The position numbers and the translations under genes were made by a program. A stretch of DNA of 34,947 bases from a virus (Duplodnaviria > Caudoviricetes). Shown in pieces: positions 1 to 8,444 of the stretch (position 1 is its first letter; each line of letters begins with the position of its first letter). The DNA is taken from positions 1 through 34,947 of the IMG/VR virus record IMGVR_UViG_3300048574_000528. The stretch is one strand, 5' to 3'. Below the pieces are notes generated by a model. The model saw only the letters and a program-made list of their open reading frames with translations, had not been told where the DNA came from and made no database searches.

Positions 1-1170
1 TCAATTTGGTCTTCCCGCCAGGCCTGAATCTTCCTGCCCTGTAAACCCCTCCGAACCCCCTTGTTTTGACACCCCACTGGGACCGATTTTGGACCGCGAC
101 GAGAGCGCGTATTTGAGCATTGCCTCCTGTTGGACGGCAGGCCTGACGTGCACGTAGCGATGGATTGAACGCAAGTTCGCGTGTCCCAGAATGGCAGCCA
201 AAACTGGCAGTGGACACCCGGCCTCGGCCATCCGCGTTGCGAAGGTATGGCGCAGGTCGTAGAGCACGAACGATAACTGAATCTCCGGCTTTGCTCCTGC
301 CGTGGGATTGTTGTGGCGATGCAGGAGCCTGTCATGGGCGCCATTGACGCGATGGACGGAGTTCCCGCGTCCGGGGAAGATGTGAGGGCCCTGGCTCGCC
401 ACGCGGCGCCGGAGGATCTCTAGAGCATCCGGTACGAGAGCGAGCAACCGGCGGGCGGCCGCCGTCTTGCCGCGCGCCACCAGCAGCGTTCCCTGGTCAA
501 GATCCACATGCGCCTTGCCCAGCGCCAAGGTCTCCTCCGGACGCATCCCAGTCAGTAGCATCAGCTTCGCGCAGTCGGCCAGCGTTGATCCAGGAATCAT
601 GGCGCCGAAGTAAGCTGCCTCTTCGTCTTCGGTCAGGACGTGCTGGCGCACCGCGTCTCTATCGCTAGGGATGGCTATCTGTGCTGTGGCGTTGCGGTTA
701 CACCACCGATGACTCATCCCATGTTGGTAGAGCTTGGACAGCGCGTGGAGGTCATGCCGGATGGTGATCTCGCGGATTCCGCATGAGCGCCGCCAGGCCT
801 TGTAGTCCTCCAGTTCTCCGGCGCCGATGGCATGGAGCGGAGTACGGCCGAAGAACTCACAGCAGCTCGCCATGCTGGTTCTCAGCCTGCGCGCCGTTGC
901 TGGGTGTGCTTTGTACTCGCCGTCCGCCCAATCACAGAACGCCATGGCCGCATCACTGAACGGTCGGGGTGAGAGGCGCAACTGCTCCGGCTCCCCCGCT
1001 TCCACCAGGTTTCTGGCGTCCGCCAACTTCTTCAGCGCGCGCGTCAGATTTCGTGCGGTGGCCGCGTAGCCTGTCCGCCCGCTGTACACCACGCCGGCGA
1101 ACATGAACCGGTAGTGATACTGGCCGGCTCGGATTCGCAGCCCTGGCGGCAGTCCCTTGCGTGTGCCCAT
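1..1170 (-). CDS. int: Phage integrase (tyrosine recombinase)
   Basis: Motifs LTGMRPEE, GKT, YDLRHTFAT, LGH and HRY, plus an N-terminal arm-binding-like region. Start moved to ATG 1170 because AGGAG lies just upstream. Confidence 0.93.
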   Translation of the reverse strand: MGTRKGLPPGLRIRAGQYHYRFMFAGVVYSGRTGYAATARNLTRALKKLADARNLVEAGEPEQLRLSPRPFSDAAMAFCDWADGEYKAHPATARRLRTSMASCCEFFGRTPLHAIGAGELEDYKAWRRSCGIREITIRHDLHALSKLYQHGMSHRWCNRNATAQIAIPSDRDAVRQHVLTEDEEAAYFGAMIPGSTLADCAKLMLLTGMRPEETLALGKAHVDLDQGTLLVARGKTAAARRLLALVPDALEILRRRVASQGPHIFPGRGNSVHRVNGAHDRLLHRHNNPTAGAKPEIQLSFVLYDLRHTFATRMAEAGCPLPVLAAILGHANLRSIHRYVHVRPAVQQEAMLKYALSSRSKIGPSGVSKQGGSEGFTGQEDSGLAGRPN

Positions 1171-1324
1171 CGATCCACTCCTGTAACAGGTCCTCACGAT
1201 ACCTCACCAAAGCCCCCACCTTCACGTAGGCCGGGCCGCCGCCCCGCGTTCGCCACGCCGACAGAGTCTTCTCTGCGACGCTCAGGCGCGTCGCCACTTC
1301 GGCCGGCGCAAGCAGGCGGCTCAA
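953..1324 (-). CDS. xis: Excisionase-like helix-turn-helix protein
   Basis: LLAPAEVATRLSVAEKTLSAWRTRGGGPAYVKVGALVRY is a typical Xis/AlpA winged helix. TTG start at 1324 follows GGAGG and overlaps the upstream stop (TTGA). Confidence 0.8.
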   Translation of the reverse strand: MSRLLAPAEVATRLSVAEKTLSAWRTRGGGPAYVKVGALVRYREDLLQEWIDGHTQGTAARAANPSRPVSLPVHVRRRGVQRADRLRGHRTKSDARAEEVGGRQKPGGSGGAGAVAPLTPTVQ

Positions 1325-1554
1325 CGCGGCACCTCCCGGCACTCCCGATCCTGCCGCTTCCTTCGCTTCGGCGTCTCCATCTTAGCCGCGGTCTCGTGGA
1401 TGGTCTGGTAGTCGATGGTGTAAGTGTCTGACTTCAGACCCTTCGACCGAATGACGATGAAGTGCGGCCAGAGCTCCACCACGAGCGGCCGCTGCTCATG
1501 CCCCGCGACGGCGGTCTCTCTGACTACTGGCGAATCGCTACGCAGCTTCGTCAT
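1321..1554 (-). CDS. Hypothetical early protein (77 aa)
   Basis: ATG at 1554 follows GGGAGGG; tightly packed in the leftward operon. Confidence 0.6.
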   Translation of the reverse strand: MTKLRSDSPVVRETAVAGHEQRPLVVELWPHFIVIRSKGLKSDTYTIDYQTIHETAAKMETPKRRKRQDRECREVPR

Positions 1555-1813
1555 GTACCCTCCCGAGTTCGATCCTCTCTCCACACAAGTACATCCAGTG
1601 CTCCCAATCGCTGGGAGACAACCAGATTTCATTCGCGGGATGTCCCGCAAGTCGCCTTTGGATTGCCCACTGGACCACTTCCCTGTGCCGCCGCATCGCT
1701 TCTTCCATCGCCGGCGTCACCCGGCTCCGCGGCCGCGCCCACACTCGGCCGGCTCGCCACTCCAGGGATATCCCGGCCTCGCGCATGACGCGCACCAGTT
1801 CTGCCGGTTTCAT
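1538..1813 (-). CDS. Hypothetical protein, TubC-N docking-domain-like
   Basis: MKPAELVRVMREAGISLEWRAGRVWARP...MRRHREVV resembles the TubC_N pattern. GGAGGGG RBS and ATGA overlap. Confidence 0.55.
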   Translation of the reverse strand: MKPAELVRVMREAGISLEWRAGRVWARPRSRVTPAMEEAMRRHREVVQWAIQRRLAGHPANEIWLSPSDWEHWMYLCGERIELGRVHDEAA

Positions 1814-2433
1814 AGCCCCTCCGCCTGCAGGCGGCCGTCGTCCCCTCGCCTCCGTTTGTGCGCCAAACGGAAAGCACACACGCCACGGTGGCGCAGGACT
1901 TTCCCGCAGGGGCACAGCTTCCCGTCCAGCAGCCCCGTCGCCGCGGCATGCTCCGCCCATCCGCTTGCGGTGTGGATGCCAAGCCGAAGCTGGTCAGCGG
2001 CTTCACGCACCGTGCGGCCGGCCAAGAGCAGCCGGATGAACGCCGGCTTCTTGCTCTGCGTCGGATGGTTGATACCGCCGCGGAAGGTCCGGTCCAGCAC
2101 GAAGGAGCGCCGGCATTCGGGATTCCCGCATTTCCAGGTTCTGGTGCCGGAGCTGTTGCGGCCGTGCCTCTGGGTTTGTCCTCCGCAGAACAGACACCGT
2201 GGATTGCGGGCCGACGCTCCGATCCGTGCGCCGCGGAAGATCAAATCGAAGAGGGCGTTTATCAGGTGGTCCCGCGCCTCCTCATCAGAGCGCGCCCACA
2301 CAACCATCTCCCCATCCGCGTCTGGCGCCGTGAGGCGCATCTTCCTGGCGCCCTTGTATGGCTTGTTCAGCGTGTGGCTGGGCGTCACCGGCATCATGTC
2401 GGAATTCAGTTCCAGATTGAAATAACCGCTCAT
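1810..2433 (-). CDS. Zn-ribbon plus HTH protein, IS1 InsA-like
   Basis: CLFCGGQTQRHGRNSSGTRTWKCGNPECRRSF followed by HTH GRTVREAADQLRLGIHT. ATGA overlaps at both ends. Confidence 0.65.
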   Translation of the reverse strand: MSGYFNLELNSDMMPVTPSHTLNKPYKGARKMRLTAPDADGEMVVWARSDEEARDHLINALFDLIFRGARIGASARNPRCLFCGGQTQRHGRNSSGTRTWKCGNPECRRSFVLDRTFRGGINHPTQSKKPAFIRLLLAGRTVREAADQLRLGIHTASGWAEHAAATGLLDGKLCPCGKVLRHRGVCAFRLAHKRRRGDDGRLQAEGL

Positions 2434-2879
2434 TTCGTACTCCTGTCCGCCAGCAGCGGTAATCCTGACGCCTCCACCAGCTCAAACAGCGTCCTTCCCG
2501 CCGGAGTCAGCATGTACGGCATAAAGACTTCAGTGGCCTGAACCATCCCCGTCTCGATCAGCGCGATCTGAGCCTGGGTCCACCGAAGCAACTGCCGCCA
2601 GGCCACCCTCTCGGCCTGCTCCAGGTCTTCCTGCTGTTTGCGCGACCGGAAGGCCGGCTGGCGCCGCCGCTGAAGAATGGCATACACGGGCCCAGTCCGC
2701 ACGGGCATTGCGAACAACGCATCCCGGCCGTTCACAGGCATTGTCCAGCGCAACCCAACCACTTTGCGGTCCCGGAACTCCATGGCGATTTGTTGGGCCC
2801 CCGTGTGGACGAGTAGCAACTGAATCTCCGCCGCAGTTCTCTCCGGTGTGATCTTCGTCGTCTCCATGTAAAGCGGCAT
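2430..2879 (-). CDS. Conserved hypothetical phage protein
   Basis: GAGGAGG RBS; EQAERVAWRQLLRWTQAQIALIE...EVFMPY pattern recalled from prophage proteins. Confidence 0.7.
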   Translation of the reverse strand: MPLYMETTKITPERTAAEIQLLLVHTGAQQIAMEFRDRKVVGLRWTMPVNGRDALFAMPVRTGPVYAILQRRRQPAFRSRKQQEDLEQAERVAWRQLLRWTQAQIALIETGMVQATEVFMPYMLTPAGRTLFELVEASGLPLLADRSTK

Positions 2880-2888
2880 CCAGCCTCC

Positions 2889-3320
2889 TCATCCCGCGAT
2901 TCGCGCCAGCCACTCTGGGCCTGGCGCGGCGGCTTGTTCGTACTCCGATGAAAGCCAAACCTGTCCCACGCGGCGGGCGCGCGTGCGGCGGGAGTTGGCA
3001 TAGTGAAAGCGGCCGTCATGACGCAGGTGGCACCCCTGGCAGAGCGCCAGGAGGTTCTCGTCCCGGTTGTCGGCGTGGTGGTGGTTGAGGTGCGCCACCG
3101 TGATGACGGTCTTGATGTAATGCAGTTCAGCCCCTGGGTTGGAGGGGCGATCGCCCCGAGGCCACCAGCGGCCGGTCCCGTCGCGGACTGTCCAGACCAT
3201 CTTGCGGTCCGGCTTGGCGCATCGCTCGCACTTGCCGCCGGCGCGTTCCAGGATGCGCGCGCGGATCGTGCGCCAGGTCAGGCTCGAATAGAAGCTGCGC
3301 AGCTCTGGGCGAATCGGCAT
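2889..3320 (-). CDS. HNH-type endonuclease-like protein
   Basis: WRTIRARILERAGGKCERC...TVAHLNH...DNRDENLLALCQGCH. TGATG overlap and AGGAG RBS. Confidence 0.8.
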   Translation of the reverse strand: MPIRPELRSFYSSLTWRTIRARILERAGGKCERCAKPDRKMVWTVRDGTGRWWPRGDRPSNPGAELHYIKTVITVAHLNHHHADNRDENLLALCQGCHLRHDGRFHYANSRRTRARRVGQVWLSSEYEQAAAPGPEWLARIAG

Positions 3321-3946
3321 CACGTCTCCTTCCGCGAGGGCGGGAACAGTGAATCCATCGCCTTTGCGATATGCTCTGGCAGTTCCTCGGCCGCGCGGTT
3401 GAAGGCGCGTTTAGCCAACAGGCACTCGACGTAGCCTAAGAGGTCCACCATGGCTTGGCGAAGCTGGCTGGCCTCGCCGCGCCAGAGTTGCTCCCCGGCG
3501 TAGCGGTCGGCACTTTCCGCCTCGAAGTTTGCCTGGCGGACGGCGAGCGTCTGAAGTTCCTCGGCCAGGGCCGTGCGCAGGAGCTCCGCTGGCTCGGGCT
3601 CCAGAGGAACAACGGCCATCAGTCTTTCGACCCGTTCCTTCACCCTGCTCATCTCCAATCTCCCGCGGCCCGCCGGCCGGCCAGACCCGAGATGACGCTC
3701 TGCCAACAGCCGGCGTTGGATGAGCCGCGTCACCACACCCGCCATCTGGCGGATGTCCTCGACGTCCTCCCCCTGCCGCTCCCACTCGGTCAGGTAGTTC
3801 AGCAGGTCGATGCCTTCGGAGAACGCCTCTTCGCCGGGGTGCCCAACGAAGCCGTCACCACCGTACAGCTTTCGGCCGGCCACCCACTTCTGTCGGCAGG
3901 CCTCTTCCACGGGCAGTTCCACCAGATGGTAGAATTCGCGGCTCAT
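3320..3946 (-). CDS. Hypothetical protein, possibly two domains
   Basis: Overlaps both neighbours; possible internal in-frame start at 3652. Confidence 0.6.
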   Translation of the reverse strand: MSREFYHLVELPVEEACRQKWVAGRKLYGGDGFVGHPGEEAFSEGIDLLNYLTEWERQGEDVEDIRQMAGVVTRLIQRRLLAERHLGSGRPAGRGRLEMSRVKERVERLMAVVPLEPEPAELLRTALAEELQTLAVRQANFEAESADRYAGEQLWRGEASQLRQAMVDLLGYVECLLAKRAFNRAAEELPEHIAKAMDSLFPPSRKET

Positions 3947-6900
3947 AGCGCCATTTCCTCCTCTTCCAGGCTGTTCGTGGCCGGATTCGTGGCCGGATTA
4001 TCTTCCTCATCCGGCCAGAATCCGGCCATATCCGCCGCTTCCCATCCCCCCTCCCTTTGGTGTCCAGATTCTCCAGGAAATCCGGCCAGCCCCACGGATG
4101 CGACTGAATTCATTGCCGCGTTTGTGGCCGGATTCCTGGCCGGATTTTCCGTGTCGGCCTTTCCACTCTGGGGGCTACGGTCAGAATGGCCGGATTTCCT
4201 GGGCTCTCCGGAGGGACATAGCAGGTCAGCCCAGAGGGACAGAACTCGGCGGCGCGTCCCGAGGATCATCCGGCGCACTGTGATCTCCTGGTCCTGCTCG
4301 TTCCAACGGGTCAGCATCTTCCGGTCCTTCAGCCGCTTGTGCAGCGTCTTGGACCCGATCGGTATACCCTCCCCCATGTCGCGCGCCATCTTCTTCGCCA
4401 CCGCGTAGCTGGCCTGTGGCTCCAGGTAGACCTCATCGTGATCCACCCACCCGATGCAGTCTCCCATTGGGCGGAACACCAGCTTCTCGCCACCGGTATC
4501 CTCGCGCCAGCCCCAGCGCTTGGCCTGGCGCGGCTCACAGCCGTCCGTGTCGGCGACGTGGGCCTTGCCGCTGGCCATCGCTCCACGCAACATCTCGATG
4601 AACATCCGGCAGGGCTCGTTTCCGGCCTGCTGCCTGTCCTGATCCATGAGCACCTCCTTCATCACGCGCCGCCACTGATCGCGCAGGGCCTCGGCCCGCG
4701 TCTGGCTGACGGCATCCTTTTCCACGGCGAACCGCAGGAAACTGTTGAGGCCTATCGAGAGCTGAGCCAAGTTGTCCGGCGCCCGCCGGCTGTCGGCCAA
4801 CAGCGCCTCGCCCTGGCGCATGGCAATCATCTCGTTTCTCAGCCGCTCTTCCATCTCGGCCATCTGTGGGGCGAGCCACTGGACGTAGGCGGCCATTGCC
4901 AACGCGTATGCGCCCTGCACGGCCACCGTCTGGGCGGCCGTCAACGCGGAGCCGAAGCGGACATCCCCCGGTGAGACGTCCAGGATCACCATGCGCGCCC
5001 GTAGCGAATGGCCCCGTGGCGTCTCCTCGCCGGTCGAGACGATCATGCCGCGCGGCCACCGCGGCGATCGCTGCCGGATGTCGCTGGTCATGCGGCCGCG
5101 GCCAGTCTTGTTGCCCTGGCTGCGAATGACGCGATCGGCCAGAGCGTGCATGCGCTGCACGTCGCCGTCCGGTCCCTGCGGGTTGAAGTCGTCGATGACA
5201 CAGAGGACGTCCTTCAGCGTGTAGAGCTTCGATTCCAGTGAGTTCGCCGTGTCGATCCAACTCGCCGGCAGGTTCTCGGCCGTCATCTCCGGGCCGAAGT
5301 GCTGCTGGGCGAGCGCGGCGAGCTGCGTCTTGCCCACCTGGGTTTGTCCGGACAGGAAGATGCTGGTATTCACCGGCCCCATCGGCACACGCCAGATGGC
5401 GGCGTAGAGCGGAAACGTGATGCGCGACGGCGCCAAGTCCAGCATGCGCAAGCTGGCCTGGATGGCCTCTCTCACATGGCCGTTGACGTTGGGATCGGGC
5501 AGGCGGAACAACCTGGTTTTCCCGTCGAAGTCCACCTCGATGTCCGCCGCCAGGCCATCGCGGACGATCGCGCCGCCGGCGTGCATGAAGATGGGTTGGC
5601 CCTCTTGCTCGGCCCAGCCGGTGTGAGTGCGCACCACCTTGGGGGCGCTCTGCCGGCTCAGGGCCTGGATCGCCGCACGGGCGGCCGGCTCGGCGCCAGG
5701 CGTGATGATGGCGTGATGAGTAAACCGGTCCATCGGCCAGTGCATGGCGGCGAACTCAGTTGTGCTGATGGTGAAGTGCTCCTGGAAGTCACCCTGCTGC
5801 ACCGCCAGGCGCAAGGCCGTTTCCCGGTTCTCGCCATCATCACGGCGGATGCTGCATTCGATGCGCGCCGTGAAATTGGTCAGCCGGTTTGGCGTGTAGG
5901 CTCCATCGCGGCGAACGAAGCGCCAGATACCCCACTGATTCTCGACGTAATCCGTGCCGCTGTACTCGGGTGGCCTCATCTCCTCCCGCTGTTGTTCCAG
6001 GTCGCGCCGCCGGCGTTCTTCTTTCACCACCCGGTCGAACTCCGTCTTTGAGAACGCGGTGGGGAATGCGGCCATCATCTTCTGCCGCACGTCGAGCCTC
6101 TGCAATTCTGTGAGCTGCGCCAGCAGGGCAATGTTCTCAGGCCGGAAAACGAAGGCTGGATCTTCCTCGCGCCTCGCCGCCTCGATGATGGCGTGGATGT
6201 CGTGGACCAGGTCAGCGTGCGGCGCCCGCTCGATGAGCTCCAAGACTGTCTCTGGACCCTGCGCGGCCAGCAGATCATCGACCCCCTTCTCTTGACCGGC
6301 CGGGAGTTCCAGGTAGCGCACCGTGGCCTTGCGGCCGCGCGAAAGCTCTTTGGCGAACGCCCAACGGGCGCGGTGCACTTCCTTGTTGACCAGGACGTCC
6401 GCATCGAAGCAGATGAGGACGCTGCGTCCCTCCCAGGCCAGCCTGGCCAAGTCGGCGATGGGTTCCTTGACGTCCCGTTTGCCGCCGTTGGCTGCGTCCT
6501 CCTTGGTAGTCCTGCGCCAGTTCCAGACGCCGGCGATACCGGCCGCGACGAACCGGGGAGGCTGACCGTCCGTTCGCCCATGTGCAGCCAATCGCTGGAG
6601 CGCCAGGGTCTTCTTCTCCCCCTCCACCACCACCACTGGCAATCGGACGTCCTCCAGCCAGGCCGCGTCGACATCAGGTGAGAAGTAGAGCATCGATCCC
6701 CGGCCGGGCGGCGAGAGGTACTTGCGCTGCTCTTTCCGCACGCCGCCGGCGCGGATCTCGATCTCCGGGTTGTCGCGGCGGACGCGCCACTCCCGCACTT
6801 CACCGCTGCCAGGCCAGAAGTAGGGGAAGGCGATGCCGGAGCAGTCTACGGTGGGCCGCTGTCCCAGGACCTCGGCCGCGGTATCGCGGTCGAAGCGCCG

Positions 6901-7014
6901 CAACCTGGCGCGCTGAGCGAGGTCCGGCGGAATCCAGCTCTTCTCCAGCCAGGCTAGATCGCGCTTCATCAGGGCCTTGCCCTTCAGTTCGGGCGCTCTG
7001 GCGGCCGCGCTCAC
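3943..7014 (-). CDS. Primase-helicase (DUF3854-type Toprim plus P-loop helicase)
   Basis: Toprim motifs VVEGEKK, ICFDAD and KGVDDLL. Walker A LSGQTQVGKT, Walker B VIDD, STGE motif, C-terminal winged-helix-like region. Confidence 0.85.
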   Translation of the reverse strand: MSAAARAPELKGKALMKRDLAWLEKSWIPPDLAQRARLRRFDRDTAAEVLGQRPTVDCSGIAFPYFWPGSGEVREWRVRRDNPEIEIRAGGVRKEQRKYLSPPGRGSMLYFSPDVDAAWLEDVRLPVVVVEGEKKTLALQRLAAHGRTDGQPPRFVAAGIAGVWNWRRTTKEDAANGGKRDVKEPIADLARLAWEGRSVLICFDADVLVNKEVHRARWAFAKELSRGRKATVRYLELPAGQEKGVDDLLAAQGPETVLELIERAPHADLVHDIHAIIEAARREEDPAFVFRPENIALLAQLTELQRLDVRQKMMAAFPTAFSKTEFDRVVKEERRRRDLEQQREEMRPPEYSGTDYVENQWGIWRFVRRDGAYTPNRLTNFTARIECSIRRDDGENRETALRLAVQQGDFQEHFTISTTEFAAMHWPMDRFTHHAIITPGAEPAARAAIQALSRQSAPKVVRTHTGWAEQEGQPIFMHAGGAIVRDGLAADIEVDFDGKTRLFRLPDPNVNGHVREAIQASLRMLDLAPSRITFPLYAAIWRVPMGPVNTSIFLSGQTQVGKTQLAALAQQHFGPEMTAENLPASWIDTANSLESKLYTLKDVLCVIDDFNPQGPDGDVQRMHALADRVIRSQGNKTGRGRMTSDIRQRSPRWPRGMIVSTGEETPRGHSLRARMVILDVSPGDVRFGSALTAAQTVAVQGAYALAMAAYVQWLAPQMAEMEERLRNEMIAMRQGEALLADSRRAPDNLAQLSIGLNSFLRFAVEKDAVSQTRAEALRDQWRRVMKEVLMDQDRQQAGNEPCRMFIEMLRGAMASGKAHVADTDGCEPRQAKRWGWREDTGGEKLVFRPMGDCIGWVDHDEVYLEPQASYAVAKKMARDMGEGIPIGSKTLHKRLKDRKMLTRWNEQDQEITVRRMILGTRRRVLSLWADLLCPSGEPRKSGHSDRSPQSGKADTENPARNPATNAAMNSVASVGLAGFPGESGHQREGGWEAADMAGFWPDEEDNPATNPATNSLEEEEMAL
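3978..4196. repeat. Iteron-like cluster TGGCCGGATT, candidate replication origin
   Basis: Forward copies at 3978, 3990, 4125, 4137 and 4187. Reverse copies at 4009 (9/10), 4019 and 4079. Confidence 0.7.
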
Positions 7015-7166
7015 CGAAGAACCTCACGCACCAGCAGCGCGGCGGACAAACCCAGCAGCGCAAGCAGAACGGCGCATAGCGCCCCGCGGTAGAACATGAC
7101 CTCGCTCCGGAGATCGTCTATGTGGTCAATGGGCTTTGGACAAGAGTTTTCACGCGTTGGGAGCAT
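7011..7166 (-). CDS. Small single-TM protein (51 aa), not in the ORF track
   Basis: MLPTRENSCPKPIDHIDDLRSEVMFYRGALCAVLLALLGLSAALLVREVLR. AAAGGA RBS; its stop overlaps the primase GTG start (GTGA). Confidence 0.65.
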   Translation of the reverse strand: MLPTRENSCPKPIDHIDDLRSEVMFYRGALCAVLLALLGLSAALLVREVLR

Positions 7167-7179
7167 TGCAATCCTTTCT

Positions 7180-7396
7180 TGGGGCTGAATGGCGCAGCAT
7201 CGAGCCGGCGCTGGGGAGAGGGAGGAAGGGCTCTCCGCCGAGTGCGAGCGCGGATCTGGTGGGTGAGTGAGGAAAGGGGTGTCCCACCTTCGCCGCCGCG
7301 ACTCAGCCCCAGGAGGCCCGGTTACAGGAGAGAGACTCCGCAGCGCACCACCACGGCGAAGTCAGTAACCGGGCCTCCTGGGGCCGCTCGCGGCCC
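7180..7396 (-). ncRNA. Candidate structured RNA / leader element
   Basis: Perfect 20-bp inverted repeat 7306-7325/7365-7384. Further stems 7180-7188/7303-7311, 7215-7220/7231-7236, 7258-7263/7283-7288 and 7381-7396. Confidence 0.55.
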
Positions 7397-7639
7397 TCAG
7401 CTATCCGGGCGCCCGATGTAGCGAATCGGAAAGAAGTCACAAGACTCATCCGCGGCGATGTGGCCGAAGATGGACCCGCACCGCTGAATGAAGACGCAAT
7501 CGCCGCACGTCTTGCCGTCTGGCAGATCCAACGACGCGTGGCCCGTCGTCGAATAACGGCAAGCATCGCCCGTGGCTGAGTTGAACTGACCACAGTGGAC
7601 GCAGCGGCCACGGCGTCTGTAGGGTTCCCTCTCAGCCAT
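7397..7639 (-). CDS. Cys-rich hypothetical protein, possibly Zn-binding
   Basis: CVHC...C, LPDGKTCGDC...C...CDF; GGGAGG RBS. Confidence 0.6.
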   Translation of the reverse strand: MAEREPYRRRGRCVHCGQFNSATGDACRYSTTGHASLDLPDGKTCGDCVFIQRCGSIFGHIAADESCDFFPIRYIGRPDS

Positions 7640-7886
7640 GCGACTTCGTCCCTCCCATGTCGTCGGACATGCGCCGCAGCTCGCCCATCAGCGCTTGGTA
7701 CATCCCGTCGGCTGTGGCCGCATAGGGGCTGTCCTGGCGGCGCCAGGCCTGGACTGCTCGTTCCACGAACTTCTGGCAGGTCTGCAGCTCGCGGAGTTGG
7801 TCCCGGCGGTGCAGCTCCGCCAGCAGGGCGCGCGTGCCACGCGCCGTGCGGACCGGTTCGGTGAAAGGGTGGCGGGAGCTGCTCAT
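7632..7886 (-). CDS. Hypothetical protein
   Basis: ATGA overlap with the upstream gene; GGGAG RBS. Confidence 0.55.
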   Translation of the reverse strand: MSSSRHPFTEPVRTARGTRALLAELHRRDQLRELQTCQKFVERAVQAWRRQDSPYAATADGMYQALMGELRRMSDDMGGTKSHG

Positions 7887-8107
7887 TGAATCTGCTCCCG
7901 GAAGGCCAGTGACTCAGCCAGCTCTTTCTTCGCCTCCATCTGGTGGGCGCAGACGATGTCAATCAACGTGGAGCCGATAAGAGCCACCACCGATCGTTCT
8001 CCCGGCGCAGGCTTGGGTGTGACCACCAGTTTGATGTCCACCGCGCAAGGGACGAGTGAGTCGTCATCGTCGCAGGTGATGATGAGGCAGGCCGTGCGGG
8101 CTGGCAT
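7883..8107 (-). CDS. Hypothetical protein
   Basis: TGATG overlap; GGGAGG RBS. Confidence 0.55.
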   Translation of the reverse strand: MPARTACLIITCDDDDSLVPCAVDIKLVVTPKPAPGERSVVALIGSTLIDIVCAHQMEAKKELAESLAFREQIQ

Positions 8108-8430
8108 CAGGCTACCTCCCTGGCCGACTTGCGGACGCGTGTCGCTTCGTCGAGCGCCCCTTTGATTCCGGTGCGCAACGTGGCCGCTTCGGCTCCCAGT
8201 TCGATGATGAGGCCTGTCATGATGCGGTCTGCCAGTGCCTCAGAGATGCCGAATTCCTTGGCAATTACGGCGGAGTACTCCTTCGGGCATCGGTCCGCAT
8301 GCAGCTCGCGGACGCGCTTTTCCACCAATGCAATGAGCAAAGGGGAGATGGGCGTTGATTTGTTTTGAGGTGGTTGGGAAGCCGGGCCTTTGCGCGCCGG
8401 CGTCCCTGGTTCAGAATTGCGCTGATGCAT
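8107..8430 (-). CDS. Hypothetical protein with possible HTH, in a CII-like position
   Basis: YSAVIAKEFGISEALADRIM is HTH-like; second gene of the leftward operon. Confidence 0.5.
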   Translation of the reverse strand: MHQRNSEPGTPARKGPASQPPQNKSTPISPLLIALVEKRVRELHADRCPKEYSAVIAKEFGISEALADRIMTGLIIELGAEAATLRTGIKGALDEATRVRKSAREVA

Positions 8431-8444
8431 CGTGGAATCTCCGT

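Noticed and set aside
1810-2433. Intact IS1 element
   Set aside because: No InsB/DDE ORF, terminal inverted repeats or target duplication seen.
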